DNA of 7,582 bases from IMG/VR virus record IMGVR_UViG_3300029516_000112; one strand, 5' to 3'. This document shows, in pieces, positions 1-6,302 of this stretch. The position numbers and the translations under genes are program-made. The notes under the pieces were generated by a model that searched no databases, was not told the origin of the DNA, and worked only from the letters and a program-made list of their open reading frames with translations. The DNA comes from a virus (Duplodnaviria; Heunggongvirae; Uroviricota; Caudoviricetes). Each line of letters opens with the position of its first letter. Within the stretch, counting starts at the first letter, position 1.

Positions 1-2
1 AA

Positions 3-167
3 AACGCCAGACTGTTAGCCGGGTATCAGTTAGCGGGAGAAATTTTTAAATACTTCACAATTCAGGCGGTTGACTGTTCTCTGGTTTGCGGGGAGTTTGT
101 TAAAAGAAACTGGCATGGTGAATCCCCCTGTGCGGAGGGGCAATCAGCGAGTAGGTATATGGGATAA
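3..167 (+). CDS. Possible 3' end of an upstream CDS (5'-truncated by window edge); candidate late-gene antiterminator Q by position only
   Basis: Frame 3 is open from the window edge to TAA at 165-167 (about 55 codons), ending ...AVDCSLVCGEFVKRNWHGESPCAEGQSASRYMG. It sits immediately upstream of the late/lysis region, where Q lies in lambdoid phages. An open frame this short is weak evidence and I do not recognise the sequence. Confidence 0.25.
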   Translation, partial: NARLLAGYQLAGEIFKYFTIQAVDCSLVCGEFVKRNWHGESPCAEGQSASRYMG

Positions 168-325
168 TCGCGGATTCAGGTGCTGGTACTGAATTCACCG
201 GGAGGCACCCGGCACCATGCACTTCAATAGATTCTCTCCACATTATGGATATTCTTTCAGAATATCCCACGCAGACTTTGTGTAAATGTTAACAAATGTG
301 CGTTTTATTTGATCTGATTCGCTGT

Positions 326-355
326 TTGAGCGTCCAAAACAACGGTATATATAAT
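326..355 (+). promoter_or_regulatory. Candidate sigma70 promoter (TTGAGC, 18-bp spacer, TATAAT) upstream of the first TolA-like lipoprotein gene
   Basis: -35-like TTGAGC at 326-331 and a perfect TATAAT at 350-355; the downstream CDS starts at 385 after GAGG at 377-380. Hexamer match only. Confidence 0.35.
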
Positions 356-384
356 CCTTTACTATATGACATATGTGAGGAAAA

Positions 385-813
385 ATGGGTTTTCGTAGCG
401 CATCAATTCTTACGTTGATTATTAGTGGGATTATTATCGGGTGCACTGATGCTGTATCGACAAATTATCATGACCGTACATCATCTTACTCCGATAAAAC
501 AATAGAGACACAGTATGTGAGTTCATCTGAACGTACTTCTGATGTTAGTGAGGATATCCGTCTGTATGCCCATCAAATCAAGAGCGCCATCGAAAAACAG
601 TTCGGGGATGCGAGTAAGTATTCAGGAAAAGAGTGTACACTGAGAATGCATATGGCCCCGAATGGCCTTCTACTGGAGGTTAAAAGAGAAAGTGGAGACC
701 TCGATTTATGTCGTGAAGCGATGAATGCGATAAAGAATGCTGATATACCTGCCCCCCCTTCGCCGGAAGTATATAAAGTATTTCAAAATGGGGTGCTGGA
801 TTTTAAACCCTGA
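385..813 (+). CDS. Lipoprotein with TolA C-terminal (TolAIII)-like domain
   Basis: 142-aa ORF. N-terminus MGFRSASILTLIISGIIIG|C has a signal peptide plus lipobox-like IIGC; residue after Cys is Thr (not Asp), suggesting outer-membrane sorting. A Ser/Thr-rich linker follows. The C-terminal ~85 aa (HQIKSAIEKQFGDASKYSGKECTLRMHMAPNGLLLEVK...IPAPPSPEVYKVFQNGVLDFKP) aligns colinearly with the E. coli TolA C-terminus as I recall it (...AGQIKSAIESKFYDASSYAGKTCTLRIKLAPDGMLL...IPKPPSQAVYEVFKNAPLDFKP), including both Cys and the terminal DFKP. Confidence 0.8.
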   Translation: MGFRSASILTLIISGIIIGCTDAVSTNYHDRTSSYSDKTIETQYVSSSERTSDVSEDIRLYAHQIKSAIEKQFGDASKYSGKECTLRMHMAPNGLLLEVKRESGDLDLCREAMNAIKNADIPAPPSPEVYKVFQNGVLDFKP

Positions 814-963
814 TATTTATTGTTTTGTAATAAACGGTTTCGGCTTAGGTTTGTTCTGACACAACTACGGCACTGAGCTAAATTTAGCGGATAGTCAGCT
901 CTGAGCCAGTGGCGGACGTAACAACTACTATTGCTGAGATTTTAATGGATTGAGGAGCAAGAA

Positions 964-1359
964 GTGGGATTAAAGAAAATCGTTATGTTGACTTTTTGGG
1001 TCGGTTTTGTTGCGGGATGCACACCTTTACACCCTTCAGATTGCCACAAAACTACTGCTACAGGTAGTTGCAGTTCAGGACGCTGGGATGATCAGGATGA
1101 ATGGGGGGCGCAAGCGCGGGGAATCAGAGCTGCAATTAATGCCAAACTTGATGAGCCGCATAACTGGAAAGGGAAAAAATGCAGGTTGCATATGGAATTC
1201 TCTCAGGATGGCACGGCGTTAAAAATATCTACCAGTAACGGTGATAAAGCCTATTGCGAAGCGATAAAGTCCGCAGCTCATAAAGCCAAATTTCCGGCCT
1301 TCAACAATCCGGAAGTCTACAGAGATTTTCAGAAATCTGGCTTTGACATGCGAGGTTAG
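964..1359 (+). CDS. Second, divergent TolAIII-like lipoprotein (paralog of 385..813)
   Basis: 131-aa ORF with GTG start at 964 preceded by GAGGAG (952-957). Signal peptide with lipobox VAGC, Thr after Cys. The C-terminal domain keeps the TolAIII pattern (KKCRLHMEFSQDGTALKI...YCEAIKSAAHKAKFPAFNNPEVYRDFQ) but is more divergent. Start could instead be the downstream ATG at ~985. Confidence 0.75.
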   Translation: MGLKKIVMLTFWVGFVAGCTPLHPSDCHKTTATGSCSSGRWDDQDEWGAQARGIRAAINAKLDEPHNWKGKKCRLHMEFSQDGTALKISTSNGDKAYCEAIKSAAHKAKFPAFNNPEVYRDFQKSGFDMRG

Positions 1360-1484
1360 CTCTTCAATTACTATATCTCATTCATAGCAAACTGACAGAT
1401 TTGATGATGTTCTATATACGAAACCTGTGATGTCAAGTCTGAGCTAATACAAATAAACATAATATCAGAGAAATACATTTTATT

Positions 1485-1507
1485 AGCTCGCTACGGCGAG
1501 CTTTTTA
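1485..1507 (+). terminator. Rho-independent terminator upstream of the holin gene (candidate tR'-equivalent)
   Basis: Perfect 7-bp GC-rich stem AGCTCGC (1485-1491) / GCGAGCT (1496-1502) with UACG tetraloop, followed by a T-run (1502-1506). Confidence 0.6.
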
Positions 1508-1610
1508 TATTGCATCGTCTCCAGCATATATATCAATTAAGGCTCTGATTGATGTGTCTGGAAGCCTACACATAATAACTATGCCATCCGTTCCGTGCGG
1601 AGGTGAGGCT

Positions 1611-1826
1611 ATGAAATCCATGGACAAAATTTCAACAGGCATTGCCTACGGCACCTCCGCAGGCAGTGCTGGCTACTGGTTTTTACAGCTGCTCGATAAA
1701 GTCACGCCCTCACAGTGGGCAGCAATAGGTGTGCTGGGTAGCCTGGTATTTGGCCTGCTGACGTACCTGACAAATCTTTATTTCAAGATTAAAGAAGACA
1801 GGCGTAAGGCTGCGAGAGGAGAGTAA
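1611..1826 (+). CDS. essQ: Class II holin (pinholin), phage 21 S-type, with dual-start motif
   Basis: 71 codons starting [26 protein letters not shown]...[12 protein letters not shown], matching the S21 pinholin I recall, including the Met1-Lys-Ser-Met4 dual start (ATG at 1611 and 1620; antiholin and holin forms). SD GGAGGTGAGG just upstream. The ORF-track start at 1554 is an upstream extension with no SD. Symbol assigned by Qin-like synteny. Confidence 0.9.
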   Translation: MKSMDKISTGIAYGTSAGSAGYWFLQLLDKVTPSQWAAIGVLGSLVFGLLTYLTNLYFKIKEDRRKAARGE

Positions 1827-1830
1827 TCCA

Positions 1831-2138
1831 ATGACTCAAGACTATGAACTGGTTGTGAAAGGAGTCCGTAATTTTGAGAATAAAGTTACGGTAACTGTAG
1901 CCTTACAGGACAAAGAACGCTTTGACGGTGAAATTTTTGGCCTGGATGTCGCCATGGACCGTGTTGAAGGAGCTGCGCTGGAGTTTTATGAGGTAGCAGC
2001 CAGAATGAGCGTCCGGCAAGTCTTCCTGGAAGTAGCAGAAAAATTGTCAGAAAAAGTTGAGTCTTATCTGCAGCATCAGTACTCCTTTAAGATTGAAAAT
2101 CCTGCCAATAAGCACGAGCGTCCTCATCATAAATATCT

Positions 2139-2142
<4 letters not shown>
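1831..2142 (+). CDS. ydfR: Small protein of unknown function between holin and endolysin (YdfR/DUF1327-like)
   Basis: 103-aa ORF with SD GAGGAGAG 7 nt upstream of the ATG. Its stop overlaps the endolysin start (ATGA at 2139-2142). Position between holin and lysozyme matches ydfR in K-12 Qin; family assignment is from memory and synteny. Confidence 0.7.
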
Positions 2143-3166
<1,024 letters not shown>

Positions 3167-3417
3167 ATTAATATTAAATCGGATTATTTTTAGCGCTGAA
3201 TGTGAAATTTAAATAAAAAGGACTCTTCCATGAGTCAAAATCCTTGAAATCTTAAGGGTAAGATAAAAGGTCATTAGACAGAATGACACGTTTTATTAAT
3301 AAATAAAGCTATTGTTTCATTCGTGTGTTTTTCTTTACAAAAGTAATCCTTGCTATGGTTGGTTAATCATGCGTTAATGGTGTTCTGGTTTGTTACAAAA
3401 TTATCTGAAGCAGTCAT

Positions 3418-3426
3418 TGTTATAAT
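3418..3426 (+). promoter_or_regulatory. Candidate extended -10 element (TGT-TATAAT) upstream of cspI
   Basis: TGnTATAAT at 3418-3426 in an AT-rich region about 100 nt upstream of the cspI start; no good -35. Sequence match only. Confidence 0.25.
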
Positions 3427-3529
3427 TTTATTATTTGTACCTCTTGAGATTTCCTTGTTGGTTTTTCTCTCTGATATTTTTTTTCGGACCATTCTGCCCA
3501 AGGGCTAACTTCTTCAAAAGGTAATAATG

Positions 3530-3742
3530 ATGTCTAACAAAATGACTGGTTTAGTGAAATGGTTTAACCCTGAAAAAGGTTTTGGTTTCATCACGCCGAA
3601 AGATGGTAGCAAAGATGTGTTTGTGCATTTCTCAGCTATTCAGAGCAACGATTTCAAAACGTTAACTGAGAATCAGGAAGTCGAATTTGGTATTGAGAAC
3701 GGACCTAAAGGCCCTGCAGCTGTTCATGTAGTGACACTTTGA
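3530..3742 (+). CDS. cspI: Cold-shock protein, CspA family (CspI-like)
   Basis: 70 aa [38 protein letters not shown]... with RNP1/RNP2-type cold-shock-domain motifs (KGFGFI, VFVHF). Start taken as the second ATG (3530), SD AAAGGT 7 nt upstream; the ORF track begins one codon earlier at 3527. Confidence 0.9.
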   Translation: MSNKMTGLVKWFNPEKGFGFITPKDGSKDVFVHFSAIQSNDFKTLTENQEVEFGIENGPKGPAAVHVVTL

Positions 3743-3946
3743 GGTAGAAAATATTACAAACCATATTCACTTTAGATGCCCGTGTTGCCATGGTTCTCAG
3801 TATAGAACATCATCTTTTGATGTTTCTGACAGAAATCCTTTCGGGGCAAAATGTATCTTTTGTAAATCAATGATGATTACATTTGATAATATTTCACAAT
3901 ACTTAAATGTTAGCCATCTGTCGTTAGATTTAAGAAAGTGAAAATG

Positions 3947-3969
3947 AAGGCTCCTTCGGGAGCTTTTTT
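3947..3969 (+). terminator. Rho-independent terminator
   Basis: Stem AAGGCTCC (3947-3954) / GGAGCTTT (3959-3966) around a UUCG tetraloop, core GCTCC/GGAGC perfect, followed by TTTTTT (3964-3969). Confidence 0.65.
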
Positions 3970-4013
3970 GCTTAGTGTCTAGTCGATGGATACTCACATA
4001 TTACGGTAACATT

Positions 4014-4244
4014 ATGAAAAAAATAATAGTTTTTTTTAACTCTGAACCAGCAATGGTAGTGCCAGTGATGACCGGAGTTAACACCATCATGCGTGAATAT
4101 CCAAATGGCGAAACAACACACCTCACTGTAATGGCTGCAGGGTTTCCATCTCTGACCGGAGATCATAAAGTCATTTATGTAGCAGCGGATCGACATGTAA
4201 CTTCAGAAGAAATTCTGGAAGCAGCAATGAGACTCTTGAATTGA
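4014..4244 (+). CDS. ynfN: Small hypothetical protein (YnfN-like by position)
   Basis: 76 codons from ATG 4014 (MKKIIVFFNSEPAMVV...); the ORF-track GTG start at 3975 would overlap the terminator. Lies between cspI and gnsB as ynfN does in K-12 Qin. No recognisable SD; I cannot confirm the sequence identity from memory. Confidence 0.45.
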   Translation: MKKIIVFFNSEPAMVVPVMTGVNTIMREYPNGETTHLTVMAAGFPSLTGDHKVIYVAADRHVTSEEILEAAMRLLN

Positions 4245-4416
4245 TTTGATTCTAATGCATTGATAATAAATGATAATCATCTTTATCTGTTTGTGTGAAA
4301 TTTAGACCGTCGTATGTTGATTATTGCGATGTTTCATCTTATCTTTTATACGTTTGCTCCATATAATTGACACTACTGTGTACCAGGACAGTCATAACAG
4401 ACTAAAAGAGGAAATG

Positions 4417-4590
4417 ATGAACATTGAAGAGTTAAAAACAAAAACAGAAGCAGATATTTCTGAATATATAACAAAAAAAATCATTGAGCTTAAGAAAAAG
4501 ACCGGGAAAGAAGTTACCAGTATCCAGTTTACTGCACGGGAAAAAATGACTGGTCTTGAAAGCTATGATATCAAGATTGATTTAATCTAG
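4417..4590 (+). CDS. gnsB: GnsA/GnsB-family small protein
   Basis: 57 aa MNIEELKTKTEADISEYITKKIIELKKKTGKEVTSIQFTAREKMTGLESYDIKIDLI, colinear with GnsA/GnsB as I recall them (MNIEELKKQAE...FTAREKMTGLESYDVKI...). SD AGAGGA upstream; the ORF track starts at an earlier in-frame codon (4324) that lacks an SD. Confidence 0.8.
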   Translation: MNIEELKTKTEADISEYITKKIIELKKKTGKEVTSIQFTAREKMTGLESYDIKIDLI

Positions 4591-4655
4591 CATGTTTATA
4601 GTATTAGCATCAATTTCTCATCAGATGCTATTCAACAATACAAATTACCCATAAA

Positions 4656-4676
4656 CCTCGTTTTTACGGGGTTTTG
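4656..4676 (+). terminator. Possible weak rho-independent terminator after gnsB
   Basis: CCTCG / CGGGG stem (one G-U wobble) with a 6-nt loop, followed by TTTTGTT. Confidence 0.3.
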
Positions 4677-4743
4677 TTATATTTAAACATTACCGAATAG
4701 ATATAAATCTCGATTGTCGATGGTATTGGTTGTGTGACAATAC

Positions 4744-4747
4744 CTAG
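4744..4747. repeat. CTAG target-site duplication, left copy, flanking the miniature IS5-like element
   Basis: CTAG immediately outside the left terminal inverted repeat; an identical CTAG abuts the right end at 4857-4860. Confidence 0.55.
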
Positions 4748-4856
4748 GGAAGGTGCGAATAAGTCACCAAACGCAAAAAAACGCCTATGTAAGTGATTGA
4801 ATTTAATTGACTAAAAGTTTCATTTTCGTTGCGGAGGGTACTTATTCGCACCTTCC
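4748..4856. mobile_element. Miniature non-autonomous element (MITE-like, 109 bp) with IS5-type terminal inverted repeats
   Basis: Perfect 17-bp inverted repeats GGAAGGTGCGAATAAGT (4748-4764) and ACTTATTCGCACCTTCC (4840-4856). The first 16 bp equal the IS5 left terminal repeat as I recall it. Flanked by direct CTAG repeats, consistent with IS5's 4-bp duplication at YTAR targets. The 75-bp interior is AT-rich with no ORF. Confidence 0.6.
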
Positions 4857-4860
4857 CTAG
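4857..4860. repeat. CTAG target-site duplication, right copy
   Basis: Direct repeat of 4744-4747 immediately outside the right terminal inverted repeat. Confidence 0.55.
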
Positions 4861-4998
4861 TCTTTCCGGTATGCCTGAAGAGAATACAAACGACAGATTA
4901 TGTAAGGGAAACGCGCTGAAACTTTCACTCTTTCATGCTGAGTGATTTGACGTTATATTTTTAGCCGCAAGTGAAGAGCAAACGAATGGAGCGACAAA

Positions 4999-5205
4999 AT
5001 GCATAAAGATCAATACACTGATGCCCCCTCCCAGGAGCAGGTTCGTGTAAAAACTATGCTTAATAGCACCATTTCGATGGGTTACCCGGATGTTGTAATT
5101 GCATGTATAGAACATCAAGTATCTCTGGAAGCATTCAGGGCAATTGAGGCCGCGTTAGTAAAGCACGATAAGAATACGAAGGATTATTCCCTGGTGGTTG
5201 ACTGA
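4999..5205 (+). CDS. Hypothetical small protein
   Basis: 68-aa ORF with GGAG 8 nt upstream of the ATG; no recognisable motifs. A minus-strand ORF (4933-5118) overlaps it; the + ORF is preferred because all neighbouring genes are on + and it has an SD. Confidence 0.4.
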   Translation: MHKDQYTDAPSQEQVRVKTMLNSTISMGYPDVVIACIEHQVSLEAFRAIEAALVKHDKNTKDYSLVVD

Positions 5206-5571
5206 TCACCATAACTGCTAACCATTCTGACCATTTCACAAGTGACAGAGTCAATATCGTATTCTGTCACTGTAAGGCTAATACAGTACTGCAATTCAAC
5301 TACAGCAATGCCTCGTATTTAGGTGAATTTACAATATCGTCCAGTTCGGATGCCGGCTGCATTTCTGAAGATAAGGCATTTCGGTTCGCGTATTTTCCCC
5401 TCATGCTCGTCAGTCCTGCGCGTAGTAAGAAACAGGACACTCACACTAATTTGTGTGGGCATGCTGTGATGTCCTTCTGAATTATCCCCATGCCATTATG
5501 TAACGCTCTGTTTCAGATGCTCGTCACGGTTGTCAGGCTGTCGGGTCCTCCCAGTGGGGGTCCCTGCCACG

Positions 5572-5583
5572 GGGCGGGAGCGT
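5572..5583. other. Candidate cosN (cohesive-end site) within a lambda-like cos region (~5540-5600)
   Basis: CGGGTCCTCCC...CACG GGGCGGGAGCGT CGCGG parallels the lambda junction as I recall it (ACGGGTCCTTTCC...TTACG GGGCGGCGACCT CGCGG); 9 of 12 positions of the lambda cohesive end are shared. It lies ~185 bp upstream of the small-terminase gene, as cos does in lambda. Confidence 0.4.
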
Positions 5584-5766
5584 CGCGGAAAAAGACTAGT
5601 TTTTGCATTTCCATGGCGGCGGCAGCATGTTTGGTAATTTATTGATAATTAAAAGTTATTTCTCTTTTCACCTGTACAATATTTTTTCTCCCTGTCATTA
5701 GACCAGTTTGCAATTAATTGAAATATATAAATAAACCTGATTTTCACCTGCCAGATGGAGTTGCTT

Positions 5767-6294
5767 ATGTCAAATGTGAGCGGGATCGGTGATGCTTATT
5801 ACTGGAGTGTTTTTAAAATCGCCGAGGCCTTTGGGCTTCACCGGGACACAGTAAAAAAACGGCTCCTCGCGGCCAACACTCCTGTGGCTGCGACTGTCAG
5901 GGGGAACCCCGTTTACGCCCTGCAGCATGTCGGGCCCGCCCTGTTTAGTGTGAAGCATGAGGCAGCAGACTCTGTTCATGATCCATCCCGTATGGAGCCG
6001 AAAGAGAGAAAAGACTGGTACCAGTCTGAAAATGAAAGGATCAAGCTGGAAAAGGAGCAGCGAAAACTCATCCCAGTTGATGAAGTAGTCATCGTCTATT
6101 CGTCCATGAGAAAGGCTGTCGTCCAGGTTCTGGAGACAATTCCGGATGTTCTTGAACGCGATTGCGCCCTGACTCCTCAGGCCGTCGGCGTTGTACAGCA
6201 GGCCATTGATGACCTGCGATACACTCTTCAGGAAAAATCCTACGAGGCTTGTGCTGCTGAATTAATTCCTGATGAGGAAGGAGAGAGTCTCTAG
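5767..6294 (+). CDS. Terminase small subunit (DNA-recognition subunit)
   Basis: ORF directly upstream of, and almost abutting, the large terminase gene. Start taken as ATG 5767 (MSNVSG..., GGAG 6 nt upstream); in-frame alternative at 5755. The N-terminus (YWSVFKIAEAFGLHRDTVKKRL) looks like a helix-turn-helix and the C-terminus is acidic. Not lambda Nu1 by sequence. Confidence 0.7.
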   Translation: MSNVSGIGDAYYWSVFKIAEAFGLHRDTVKKRLLAANTPVAATVRGNPVYALQHVGPALFSVKHEAADSVHDPSRMEPKERKDWYQSENERIKLEKEQRKLIPVDEVVIVYSSMRKAVVQVLETIPDVLERDCALTPQAVGVVQQAIDDLRYTLQEKSYEACAAELIPDEEGESL

Positions 6295-6302
6295 GAGGAA
6301 TA

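Noticed and set aside
118-217. Possible ERIC repeat or tRNA gene (GTGAATCCCC...; ...CACCCGGCACCA)
   Set aside because: Only about 10 bp match the ERIC start as I recall it. The ...GGCACCA end cannot be folded into a T-arm and acceptor stem with the preceding bases. Stx-type phages carry tRNAs near here, which is why I looked, but no cloverleaf is supportable.
243-446. Minus-strand 67-aa ORF overlapping the promoter region and start of the first lipoprotein gene
   Set aside because: AT-rich low-complexity translation, no SD, and it overlaps a well-supported + strand gene and its upstream signals; all credible genes in the window are on +.
1007-1222. 71-aa + strand ORF in an alternative frame inside the second TolA-like gene
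   Set aside because: Fully embedded in a CDS that has a signal peptide and a conserved domain; no SD; Arg-rich translation typical of an off-frame artefact.
3220-3250. Hairpin GGACTC-TTCCAT-GAGTC(A) downstream of Rz
   Set aside because: On the + strand it is not followed by a T-run. On the minus strand it would look terminator-like, but no minus-strand gene is present to terminate.
3797-4196. Minus-strand ORFs (66 and 74 aa) between cspI and the ynfN-like gene
   Set aside because: They span a + strand terminator and overlap the + strand ORF; AT-rich, no SD, no motifs.
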